This document shows positions 50,788-63,290 of a DNA stretch of 64,000 nt, piece after piece. Position 1 is the stretch's first letter; every line of letters starts with the position of its first letter. Both the position numbers and the translations under genes were made by a program. Source of the DNA: Azolla caroliniana (Eukaryota > Plantae > Polypodiophyta); assembly GCA_043228905.1 (NCBI GenBank), contig JBHGNT010000001.1:34968001-35032000 (forward strand), written 5' to 3'. The notes under the pieces were generated by a model. The model saw only the letters and a list, made by a program, of their open reading frames with translations. It was not told the origin of the DNA and searched no databases.

Positions 50788-51116
50788 GCATAACCTTAGA
50801 GTGACATTGACTATGCCAAATGCATTCCTGTGGTAGAGACTAGGTGTCTCATAATACAACATCATACTTTGCTAAAAGATATAGTGCAAATAACAAGAAG
50901 AATAGTGAGTAACCATATAACACGAATCTTGCATTATTCGGATTTGCACCATGCATTAACCTTAGAGTGACATTGACTATGGCAAATGCATTCTTGAGTA
51001 GAGACTAGGTGTCTCACAATAGAGCATCATACTTTGATAAAAGATATAGTGCAAATAACAAGAAGACTAGTGAGAAACCATAGAACACGAATATTGCATT
51101 ATTCGGATTTGCACCA
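50788..51116. repeat. ~165-bp tandem duplication
   Basis: AACCTTAGAGTGACATTGACTATG...ATTCGGATTTGCACCAT occurs twice with scattered substitutions. Confidence 0.9.
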
Positions 51117-52755
51117 TCTCACATGACAAGAGCATTGATGTAGGGTCACATCAACACAAAGGTGGTGTTCTTGAGGGGAGGCTCACAAAGCACCTTTAGG
51201 TATTGAGCCATTGTTGATGACAAGTGTCTCGATTGGCCTACATGAGAGGACATCTCTACAAGTTCTACGGGCGAAAAAGTGTTTTCAATGGTGTAGCGTT
51301 CTGTGAAGGCATCTTTCATGTGAAGCTGACCAGATCAACTTGATTTTCCCCATTTCCCTTTTCATTACAGAAATTTATCAATTCCCTTTCCCTCATTTCT
51401 TTCCTCAAGCAAAGATAGCTTGCAACTTTAAGTTAGAATATACATATAAAGTTGGTGCATAAGTTGCAAGAAAAGTTACGGTATAAACCCAACAAAATTG
51501 CATTATGTTTGGCATCAAAATAACATTCTCTCTTTAAACATGCACCACTACTTTCTCGTTTGAGCATGCAATTGTCGTGTTCCTTACATGGGCACTTGAT
51601 TTCAACAAAATTCACATCAATGTATTCACATTTACATCACATTTCCTTGTCATCACTTCAGCATTATAGCTCATCTTCTTCCTTTCATTGTCTTTGGCCT
51701 TTAGCCTCACATTCCAATGGTAGGCTCTTAACATTTGAGTTAAATAGTCAGTTACTCTAGTGGTCAATAGTCACTTCAACCCAAACCTAAAACTATTGTC
51801 AAACTTGATTATTTCACGCTTTCTTCCCTTCTCATACATGACATCACACACCATATAGGTATCAGGGTTTCATAAAACTTACATTGAGTTCCACTCTATT
51901 TCGTAACTCCTACTCATGAACATGGCTTTGTAATCTAATGGTACTGCTTTGACAAAAATGCCACCAACATATTGCCCTTTCCTCAAGGTAATCTTATATT
52001 AGAGGGTGAAATTTACTCATCTACGATAGGGGACGTGTGCGCACGCACGCACGCACACACACACACACACACATTGATCATTCTAAAAACTGAAATGAAC
52101 TTCATCTTAGGTAATATTATACTCAAATTTTCTATCCGTGTTTTCTTTGTCGTAAAGCAATTAAAAAAGACATGAGACCCCACGTTGTAGTGAAGTGAAT
52201 TGTATCCCTTAGTTGTCTCTAAGATTCGGCACACATGAGGTTTTTATGTAGCAACAAACCTTCCCTTGTAGTGAAACATATCAATGGAAAAGCCGAATAG
52301 TTTTATTAATAATAAAGCTAGGTAAGCATAGTAAGATTCGCCATCCCTTGATTAAACAATTAAGCAAGCTTTTTCCTAAGACTTTGAGTCACATAGGCCA
52401 TGTTTTATCGACATGTTTTATCCCTAAACCCTCTCAGCTTATCTACAACCCACTGATGTTTTCACTGTTCCACACCTTGTACTAGCCGGAAGGTCAACAA
52501 AAACCACATACACATTTAATCACCTTTTCACTGACTAGAAAGAGACCTCCATATGCTGATCACATTATTACTGAGATGATGTGAAGAAGTTGCACACAAT
52601 TCCATGATGAGTAAGATGTGTATCCATGAATCCAGAGGGTGTGTCCGGGTCGCAAAATAACATATTACATGTGTCACTGAAGTGATCTGCGGTGGGAGAG
52701 CAATGGAATGATGCCTTATCCAAGGTAAGAGGAGATTGAGAGCTTTTGATTGGTG

Positions 52756-52758
<3 letters not shown>

Positions 52759-52829
<71 letters not shown>
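52759..52829. repeat. (CT)n microsatellite upstream of the acidic protein gene
   Basis: About 35 units, ~150 bp before the ATG at 52980. Confidence 0.95.
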
Positions 52830-52831
<2 letters not shown>

Positions 52832-52979
52832 TTTACATACATAAGAATGCATTCAACCCCATCTCCATTGCTCACAACCTCACATACATAACACACACAC
52901 ACACACACACACAGATATTTAGAAAGAGAGATAGAAGGAGGCTCAGAGAAGAAGAAACCATATCCATAGAGCCATAACC

Positions 52980-54375
52980 ATGTCTGCAACCAGCACATCA
53001 GAAGCAGAAGTGATTGCAGAGCCAGCCTCTATTGTTGCTGAGAGTAACAATAACGAAGAAGGAACCCCTCCCCTTGCCTCTGTAACCACTACTGATGAGA
53101 GCTGTGATACTGAGAAGATAGAAGAATCGTCTCTTGTTGCTGCAGCAGAAGCCGAGGAAAACCCTCATTTGACTGTTACAGATGAAAACCCTAGTTCTTC
53201 TGTCGAGGAAAAGGAGAATATTGATTCTCATTTCGAGGCTGAGGAGGTTTCGAATTCTTCTGCGATTGCAGAGGGAATCCCTGTTTCTTCTGTTACTACA
53301 GAGACAGACCCTAAGTCCTCTGTTTTTGTCGAGGGAAACCCTGATTCTGCTGTCGTTCCCGAGGAAAACCCTGATTATTCCGTTGGTGAGGAGGAGAAAT
53401 TGAATTCTGCTGCTGTGGAGAAAGAGACCGAAGGAACGGACGGGGTTCACGAGGGGTCCATTAGTGGAGGGGAAACTATTCATAACTATGGAGATGGAGA
53501 GAAGGATGCAGGGGCAAAGGAAAAAAATGAAGAAACAGAGGCCGTAGAAAATGCAGAAAAACAAGCTAATCATGACATTGAAGCCCCAGAGCAAGATGAA
53601 GAAAAACAAGCGAATCATCACATTGATGCCCCAGAGCAAGATGAAGAAAAACAAGCGAATCATCACATTGATGCCCCAGAGCAAGATGCAGAAAAACAAG
53701 CGAATCATCACATTGAAGCCCCAGAGCAAGAAGCAGAAAAACAAGAAAACGAAGCTCCTCTTCTTGATGATGGTAACCAATCAGCGCAGAGAGAGCAGGT
53801 ATTGGGTCTTACTCTGGTTATTTAGGCTTACTCTACTAACAGGATTAAAATTAGAACTACTCTGTTCAGGGTTTACGATCAGCTTCTGGTTTGTGTTTCC
53901 AGGTTATTCTGTCTCAAGTTTTAATTAATTTCTGATTAGTGTTTTAGGATTTAGATGTCAGCCTCCTTTAATGTGTTAGGGTTTGAATTTTCTTTAGTTG
54001 GTTAACTCGGTAAGTAATTCTCAGTGAATTCTGAAAAATTAGGGGTACTAACGTAATTTGCAAAAATATATGAATGTCGTTGTATGTTTAAAAGAGTTTT
54101 TGTGGTTTCTCTTCAGAATTTAGAAAACCTTATTGTTCTTGGGGTTCAAATTTTGGAAATTTAGGTCTTTCCCTAAAGAAAATCCACCTATATGAATGAA
54201 CCTTCACTGATACCATTTTCCATTTGGCATGCAGGAGACTTCTCCTTCAAGTGGTAAGGACAAACTGAACTCTGGCTATATGAAGCTGCCACTGATATTG
54301 ACTGGGCTAGCCATTGCAGCTGCAGGAGTGGCTTTAGGCTCCATCAGTAGAGCTTCCTTCTTAAGGAACAAATAA
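52980..54375 (+). CDS. Acidic low-complexity repeat protein with C-terminal membrane anchor (319 aa, 2 exons)
   Basis: Exon 1 52980-53798 (273 codons, CAG|GT); exon 2 54235-54375 (TGCAG| phase 0) encoding ETSPSSGKDKLNSGYMKLPLILTGLAIAAAGVALGSISRASFLRNK*. Four 15-aa repeats EKQANH(H/D)I(D/E)APEQ(D/E)x. Confidence 0.8.
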
Positions 54376-56599
54376 GTAGCTATTTTCCTGTTGTATAACG
54401 TTTGTCATTATGCATTTTCGTCTAGCCTTCATCTTGTGTTTCACCCCAATTTGGGTGTATTCTGTAAAACTTCAAAAAGAGCTGAGAACTATGTTCCATT
54501 TGATTTTGTAGCTAATAAGAGTTAACAGTAAGTCTATTTGAGTTTTTCTTCATGTTGATGAATTAGAAATCACTTTCTTTTCCCTCTGAAAGCTGAACTT
54601 TTAATTGTCTTCTTTTATCCATTGCATGCCTTCCGTAACTAGAACAATTAGTTTGTGTTTTTCTCTTGCAATCATGTAATGCGCAGCTGTTATGAAAACT
54701 TAATGCAATTGACATATCGGGGATTTAGGCCTTACCTCATCACCTGCACTGAATCTGATCCCAACATCTCTTGATAGAAAATAGCTTCAGTGCTTGATTT
54801 GTGATCCACACAATTCTGTGATCTCTAAGAGTGTAAAATGTTCCAACATTATATTCGTATAACCAAACATGGAAAATCATTTTCACCATTACAAGCATTC
54901 TGCTTCTTATATGTGGCATGCATTAGGGTACTCTCTCCCATTGAATGGACTGCCTTGATTATCCAAGTGGGCTTTTGAAAGGAAATGCCTTGCCTACAGT
55001 GAAGATAAGTGTGTTTCTATGCCATACACAGCTATGAGTTGTTTGCATGCAACACAAGAAAGTTTATTGAAATTTGCTCACCTGAAAAGTGAAAAAAAGT
55101 AGAATTTAGTTCAAGCAGTTAAAAAAATAATACAGATGCTTATTAATGACTGTATACTGTCTAGATATAGTCTCTGAAGTAAATGGAAACCTCTACACCG
55201 GTAATCTTTGAGCAAAGAGCTCTATTCCCATTAATGTATATGATGGAAAAATGTCATAACAAGGTGGGTTGAGAGTACCTATAATTATGCATATGATAGT
55301 GGCATATTACGGAATCATCATTAGTCACGTGAAATTGACCTAGTGGCACCATAATCTCATGTTAATGTTCGTGTTGTTTTTTCGAAGCTACGTTCATCAA
55401 TGCATATATAACAAATAAACATCATGGTCCATAGATGTTTGGCTAAAAATGGCTCATGATCTCCAAGCACGTGCAATTTTCCAACATATCACAGATATAA
55501 TATGTCCATTTGCCAAAAATATAAAGCTTTCATTATATTGTTTTCCCATTGCAAAACAGTGAAGAATAGTGGGTAGCTTAAACATTAGGATATATCCATG
55601 AGTAGCAGCATTAATTGATGAATTGTGTATATTAGTATTTAGGAAAATGTATGTCACATTTTTGGAGACCTTAACGACAATTACCAGGAGTTATGAAGTA
55701 CAGTAAACTCAGAGATGCAAGAAAGTAATAGAAAATTACAGTTAAATGGATGCAATGAGGTGGCACGCACAACTGTCACATTCCAATTAGAATGAACACA
55801 ATAAATATCGGCAATTTAAACAATGCTACTCACCCGAAAATTTAATTTGGGCACAATTTTGTTTCACTGCAAAAGGGTTAGCAGCAATGAAATTGTATTC
55901 CATAAGCTCAATTTCTATCTCATAACTACCCATCCATTTCATTAACTGCATGCAGTTGAATCCGCAATGAATGTTGTGTATGACCAGATGAACCAACACA
56001 AAATTACAAAACAGAAGCGCAGATGGATAATTACCAGTTGTGCGTTGCAATCTTCTGAAAGTGACACCAGTTTTTTACTTCACAGTTGCAACCCACTCAT
56101 ACCGCTTTCAACTGAATCCATGTTGAAGTCTTTGAAATAATTTATTGCAGATTTGAACCAATGAAGTGAATCAAATTCTTCCTCCTGATGGAAAATCTGC
56201 AGAAAAGAAAAGAAATTGAAGGTGTGAAGCTCAACAAAAGTGGATCTACCTAGCAAGAAATGAACATTCCTGAAACATTTTTGTCATGCGTTATTGTAGC
56301 TTCTTTAAGTCGGTTGAGTTTTTTAAACGACCTACCAAATTAGGCATTTCTTTTGAAAAGAAACAAATGCGAAATTTTACCTTCAGAATAAATGCCAAGC
56401 CAAGTACTAGGCCATCATCAGTAAACAATGCATTTGAACTTTCCCGACCTTTTTTAAATAATTTCTCCTTCACTTGGAGAATTATCTCTACAGCATTCCC
56501 AAGAAGAAAGAATTTGTTGATTGTGTCATCTGGGATTGGAATCTGAAGAACACTTTTTTTCAAGAAAACTTCTTCATCCTTACGTTTGAAGAAGTTAAT

Positions 56600-57325
56600 A
56601 TATACACAATCTGACTGGAAAAGGTGTGAAACAACCCTTGTGCTTCTGCTATCATACCACATTTGGAATACATATCAACCAATGCCTTTGTGATGAAATT
56701 TTCATTCTCTAAGTGACTGTATATGATTTTAGCATGGACATCTCTCCCTATTTCTACAGCTCCTTCATTGCCACAAGCTTTCAATATGCAAATGAATGTG
56801 ACTACATTTGGCAAATGACCCTCAAGATGTACTTGTTCAAAACAATCAAATGCTCTCTATGTGAGCTTGCATTGTATATATCCCACAATAAGAGAATTCC
56901 ACTCTACTATATCCCAAATTTGAAGCTTATTTACTATGTCCTTTGCTTCACAAAGCATGCCACATTTCACATACATGTCGACCAATGCCCTGCTGGGAAT
57001 ATCATTGCCCTCCAGAAACTCCTCCATCACAACCCTCACATGTTGGCCCTTGTTGGCTTCTCCCAAGTTTCCACATGCTCGCATACATGCTTTTCTTTTC
57101 CCTGCAACCCCTATGCTGCCACATGCTTTCAAGATGCAAGCAAAAGTGAATGAATGCATTCTGGTAAGTAGCTACCACTTGCATCCAGTGGAAACAGTTG
57201 ATTGCTTCCTCATTTTTCCCCTGCTGGATGTATCCTGAAATAAAAGCATTCTAAGATCTTACATCCTGAACCAGCAATATCTCAAACATTTTTCGTGCTT
57301 CTGCAAGCAAGCCATATTTGGCATC
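56600..57325 (-). pseudogene. PLS-class PPR gene remnant inside the WASHC4 locus
   Basis: KYGLLAEARKMF, FTFACILKACGSIG, ALVDMYVKCGMLCEA, PNVVTFICILKACG, ALVDMYSKCGMIAEAQ, spread over several frames with stops. Confidence 0.85.
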
Positions 57326-57612
57326 ACTCCTAATACTACAAGCCAATCAAGGGCTACACAAATAGGCTCCCCACCAGGACATCCAATTGGGGTTACAATA
57401 GATCGGGCAATAGCAATTTGCTGTGCACGTAAGCCCCAGCCTCATGGAGCACAATCGCACCACCCTTGTCATTGACAAATAAAATTCATTATCTCCTGCC
57501 ATCGCAAGTGCTTCCCTCACTTTAGAGACCTCTATTCTAGATTTGGCCTATGATAGAAATCTTTCAAAGACAAAAATTGCAATATATCTGACTTGAGAAT
57601 CTTACATGTACC

Positions 57613-58283
57613 CATAGATTGACATATTCACATTTGTGAGGCCTCCCCCACGAATGCATACGAATACTAATACGAATGCATAAAAAAGTATTTGTAAATA
57701 ATAATAATAATAAGGTCATAAACTCCCTCCTTTATATAATAGATGTAAAAGAGTATTCATTTTATTTTTAATAAATAATAAATAAAATAAAATAAAAGTT
57801 CATTAATCCCCCACTTTTTACTCTTCCAAATTTTGTGGAAATCGTAGCACTGTGTCGACTGACATCACAGATGCCTGTCCTTCTAGCATTTTCCCCTTGG
57901 AAACATATGTTTGGGAGTTTGCAAGTGTGGTCTCCCCCATGTGTCTAACATTAAAAAGGGGTCTTGACATTAATTATATTTCTAAAATAGATGTAAAAAT
58001 ATTCGTTTTTTTAATAAACAATAAGTCAATAAAATAAAATAAAGGTTCATAAAATCCCTCCTTTTTATTTGACACTAAAAAGGAGACTTGACACTAATAA
58101 TATTTTTATAATCTATTAATGAGTGATTTTTCTTTTTTTTAGTGAATAAATTAATTTTTATTATTTACATTTATTTTACAAAACGAATGGTTTTATAATA
58201 TCCATGGGGACATTTCTTATTCTCGAATATGCGAATATCACGCATGGAGAGTATCACGAATATCATGCATATGTCAATCTATG
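57613..58283. mobile_element. hAT-type MITE (671 bp)
   Basis: Perfect 15-bp TIR CATAGATTGACATAT / ATATGTCAATCTATG and perfect 8-bp TSD CATGTACC (57605-57612, 58284-58291). Confidence 0.93.
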
Positions 58284-58800
58284 CATGTACCAATAATAAG
58301 ATTCTTAAGTGTCTATTTATCTTTTTTACTTAGGAACGGTTTATTTTCATTTGTTGTTCTCAAAGACGAGACAACACTGAAGATGTAATCTCTTGTTTGG
58401 TCTTATAAGCCATTTTGGCCTCATAAAAGACTTTAATATATCTTTCTTCTTTGCTATACATTTACATTGACATGAATGCAAATAAGCATGCACATTCTCA
58501 TATCTTCAATGTTCATAATTTACGCAGTGCATTTGATATATAACATGGGAGTTCTGTGTACTATTTCCAGCTTTGCCTGTTGGATCCAGTAACAATAAAG
58601 AATTTCATTGAGCCATTCCATATTTCTTCAACCAAAATTAGTTATTGTAGTAATAATATATGAGACTTCTTAGGTTTGATAACATGGATCTCCTAAATAG
58701 CTTTATTGCTAACCATAAGGTTTAACTAGTCATGAGCAATTAAAATAACATATTAAATCGTAAGATCAAAGTACTTCCAGCTTAAAATGATAATTGTCTC

Positions 58801-59050
58801 CATAGTACGTAAAATTCGTGTTCGTCTAGCATAACATTCGTTTTCCTACGTTGGAAAACGAATGCAAATGTTCAAACATTCTTGTGTTTTTTTCCCCCTT
58901 TTCAAAGATTTTTTTTTTTGTATTTTTCCTTTTTTTAGGTTTATTTACCTCATAATAAATAGTTAATCCAAAAGTATGGTATTTACCATTCTTCGAGGGT
59001 GTTTACATACTCGAATGTGAATGCGCGTATGGTTTAAACTTTATACTATG
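58801..59050. mobile_element. Small hAT-type MITE (250 bp)
   Basis: Ends CATAGTA / TACTATG; 8-bp flanks ATTGTCTC and TTTGTCTC (1 mismatch); CGAA/TTCG subterminal motifs. Confidence 0.72.
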
Positions 59051-60031
59051 TTTGTCTCCTATGACACCAAGAAGTTAAAAAATGTACAAAGGGTTCCCAA
59101 TATAAGTTAGATGAAAGAACTAACCTCCAGAGGTGTACATGACTCAAACACAATAAGCCATTTTGTGATCATATTTTGAAGGATTGGGATCTCTCTGCAT
59201 CAAGAAAAACAAATTTCCAGTCAATCGAATCAAGATAGACAGGGAAACTGAGCCTCTACTACTGCATATACTTCATCAATCAAAACTTAAGTACAATTAA
59301 TTGCCACATAGAAATATCACAAACCCTATATTTGAAAACTGTATGTAGCATGTTTTTTCAATGCAAAGTTTAGAACATCAATCCCTCTGATCTATCAGGA
59401 TTTGAGACTTCCTGGATTCAACACTTTTAGATTGTTGCTCTTCTAACTCTTGCACAACCTAGCCTCTTGTTAAAGAACTGTGGCTCTATTACTGCAGAGA
59501 AAATCCATAGAAACCACATAAACCAGCCTATCTAAAGTAAACGTGGATTCTTTCCTTTTGATACCCACCCCTAAACTGTTGGCCCAATTTCCAAGAATCT
59601 TAAATTAGGTACCTTACACATACAGAAATAGTATGCAAAGGCACTGAGGAAAATATTCTCCAAGTTCAAAGCCCTCTATGAACTCTTAATGCCTTGTGAT
59701 AGCCGAGTATGGTTTCTTTAATGCCTACTAGAAACTAGCTCTGCAGGTAAGATGTTGAAGACATACCTTTATAACAAAAGTTGAACCATCAAACTTTAAA
59801 TATATATTATAGACTTGTTAAATTGACAGCTTACTTAACCAAGGTTTCGTCCAAATGAAATAAAAAATTGCTCCAAATGAAAAGCGCTTTTCTCAAATCC
59901 TTGAGAACTGACCACGATAGTATTGACCATGGTGAAAGTTACATAAGGAATTCTAATGGTTGTAAAGTAATATTGCAATAGATATGGAGGACTGGTACAC
60001 TTCTTATGATCATCATAACAAAAACCCTAGT

Positions 60032-60035
60032 TATA

Positions 60036-60068
<33 letters not shown>

Positions 60069-60095
60069 ATGTATATGTATATATATATATATATG

Positions 60096-60127
<32 letters not shown>

Positions 60128-60155
60128 TGTATGTATATGTATGTATGTATGTATA
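60032..60155. repeat. (TA)n/(TATG)n microsatellite
   Basis: Directly visible. Confidence 0.95.
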
Positions 60156-62271
60156 CGACAAACAGCAAGAACTTCATCGCCAACCTAATCGAGAAATAAT
60201 GGAAGTAAATCCTGTTAGATATAATCAATGATCAACCCCAAGTTGTAAATCTATCCCCATATGTACTCTTAGAGTGCACATTTTGTGATAGCGCCCCAAA
60301 TGAGGAGTAGCTATTGTGCAACTCAACCATATGGGTCGATAAGGTATCAATCTAGGAAACCGTAGATGCGTAGGACACAATGTATTTAGGAAAGAGCAAA
60401 GTCGGCTAATAGGATTGGCTAATCAAGTCAACTAGAAGATTATTTTGTGGGCAAGTTGCGATGTACTTAGTCTTGAAATATGTGTCATTGACTTTAAGAT
60501 AAGTACTATCTAGCACTAGCTTGTATCTAGGGAGCTAGGTGATATTAAATGACAAGTCAATTGACAAAAAAGGAATATCTCCACTACTATCAACTGACAT
60601 GCACATTTAATGCTACATTCAGAGCAAACAGAGAATATAATCCACTCTCTTACAGAGTGGTGTGATGATCATCAGTCCCCACTAATTTTGTGGTGAGCTG
60701 GTCCAAATCCCATCTAAGCTCTAAGGTGTGAGCGCATGGGTGAACTACCATTGTGAGCTACTCTCATATGTAATAGAAGTTTTGTTTTCATATATCATAT
60801 ATACCTATCTAATCGATTCTCAATATTTCTAACAAATCCTTCACAAAAAGAGACAACAAGTTTTTCCACAAAGTGATGATTCAATCTGAACTTTTCAATA
60901 TTTGGATGCCCCAAGATATCATGTTGAAACTTGAAAGTATCTTTGCAATGAATTAAGCTAGAATTTCAGCCTAAAAAATTCCATGCCCTTTGATTAACAA
61001 CAAGAGCTTTTATCATATACTATTTTAACAGATTGGCAAAGTCTAGATATCCTTTCTCCTTGAGAAGAATCCCTCATAGAATATGAAAAAAAAACTGGGA
61101 GCACCTTTAGGGCTAATCTCATCAGAAATTTAAAAGGAGCAAAAGTGTGGAGGATGGTCGGAGAATCAAGTTCTTCTATCCAGTCTATTCACCTTTTTAA
61201 CTTTGATTTGGTCCATTGATTAGTAAGAGATTCCTAACATTACTCCTATCTTGCATCTCATGTGGATGTTTAAATAACATTGGGGTGTTTTTGAATTAAA
61301 AACATGAAAATCTTTATTTATAATCATTTAATAACAATCGCAAGAATTGGAGAAGTTTTCAGATAATTACAGACATGTAAACAATACGTGGTCAAACATA
61401 AACGGTAAGTTACCATGGTAAATTACCTTACATAAACCAACATGTAAAACTTCTTCAATGTCAGTAACAGCGTGACCAAGGGAAGTTAATTGTGCATCTT
61501 CTATTGGAAAGCTCAAAGATTCACTTTTTAAAGTAAAAAGCATTCTGCAACCAGCCTAACGACAAGGTTTAGTAACACTAATCACTGGAAGCATGATGAT
61601 AACAAAAATAATACCTTAAATAGCTTGTGAGATGGTGGGATTCCTCCTGATAATATCCTCAAGACTAACAAATATGCAGAAACCATCAGCCAGGTACAAA
61701 ATCGCTGATCGGAAATAAACATTGGCAAATGAAGGATAAATATTGGTCTTGCTATCGTCTGCATATACAGCCTCAAGTTGGCATAATAGGTTCCCTAGAA
61801 TGGCTTTTAATCTTTCTACAAATTCATGAAGTTCATAGAAGAAAAGAAAGGAGCACCCAAACAGCTTGTGTGGCTTTCCATCGAGCACTAGCCCACCATA
61901 TTAAAGAGAACTGTAAGAAAACTGTAAGAATTAATATTAAAGAGAAAACTGGCATCACAAAAATTCCTGAACTAAATTATTCCACTCTCACTCCATATTA
62001 CATTGTACTGAAGTAACCACAGAGAACGAAATATACAACATTGTCCCTAAAATACTAAAATGGCTTGCCTATGAGCCCCAAAAGAAGGTTACAGCCGAAG
62101 ATATTCACATAACTGAAGGTAAAATCATTTTGTGTGGTACTATCTTAGACTACATAACTGAAGGTAAAGATTTCAGCTGCAATGATTAAAATTTAAGGAG
62201 ATTATTATCCAGCTGACGAAACGATTGTAAACTATTTTATAAAATCAGATACTTCTTTATACAAGAAGGCA

Positions 62272-62610
62272 CATGTTCTGAGACCCTCAGTTGCAAATAT
62301 TTGCTTTCTTACTTTTAGGTACATAATATAATAGCAATAACAATGATGCAAGGAAAATCGAAGGTATTTTGAAATTTATTGTAAATGTAAAAACTTGATT
62401 GTGGCCATTGTTGCCCAATGAAAAAAATTATAAAGGTTACCATGTTCTGAGACCCTCAGTTTGAAAATATTTATTTTCTTACTTTTAGGTACATAATATG
62501 ATAGAAACAATAATGATGCAAGGAAAATCAAAGGTTTTTCAAAACTTATGACAAATGTGAAAACTTGATTGTGGCCATCATTGCTCAATGATAAAATTTA
62601 TCGCGGTTAC
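62272..62610. repeat. ~170-bp diverged tandem duplication
   Basis: CATGTTCTGAGACCCTCAGTT...GGTTAC occurs twice (62272-62440, 62441-62610). Confidence 0.88.
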
Positions 62611-62829
62611 ATAGTTAATTTCATAAGAGATGGTTCACATATGCAAGTGCTAAACTCCCTGCATGACGCAACGTACAATAGCATCTCGTTATTGTAGGTT
62701 ATCATCATCTTCAGATATTCAACTGTCTTGTGAAAGATTCATTTACATACTCTTCACTGTATCAGATTTCTAAGACCTCAAAGTAGCAAATTGACCAGAA
62801 TGAGAGAACGAAAGAAAGACATAATAACA

Positions 62830-63290
62830 TCTTTTAAGAGACCAAAATGGCCTCTAAGACCACACAAGAGATTACATCTTAAGTGTTTGTTGTCTTGTCT
62901 TTCAGAACAACAAATCAAAATAAATAAACGTTACTAAGTGAAAAAAAAAGTAAATAAGATAAGAAAAGGCTAAAGAATCTTGTTATCGATACATGCAAAA
63001 TTCTCAAGTCAGATATACTGTAATTTTTTACTTTGAAAGATCTTTAGCCTAAATCGATCGAGAATGGAGAGGTCTCCGAAGTGAGGCAAGCACCTGCAAT
63101 GGCGAGAGATAATAGCCTTGATCTGTCGATGACAAGGGTGGTGAGATTGTAGTCCATGGGATCGTAGTGATTGCGAAGCTTTTGTTTCTTCCTGCGATGC
63201 AACCTCCCATTTACTGTTTTGATCACATGATCTAGCCTCTTTTAAAGTAACAGGCTCATTCTCATTACTCAACATCATGTACTCCAGAGA
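62830..63290 (-). mobile_element. Copia-derived remnant, homologous in inverted orientation to the flanks of the MITE at 57613
   Basis: NENEPVTLKEARSCDQNSKWEVASQEE resembles the copia IN-RT linker. 62830-63120 is the reverse-complement homolog of ~57490-57612 plus 58292-58430. Confidence 0.6.

Noticed and set aside
52998-53928. Hydrophobic antisense ORF (260 aa) and basic alternative-frame ORF (125 aa)
   Set aside because: Shadows of the Glu-rich repeat gene.
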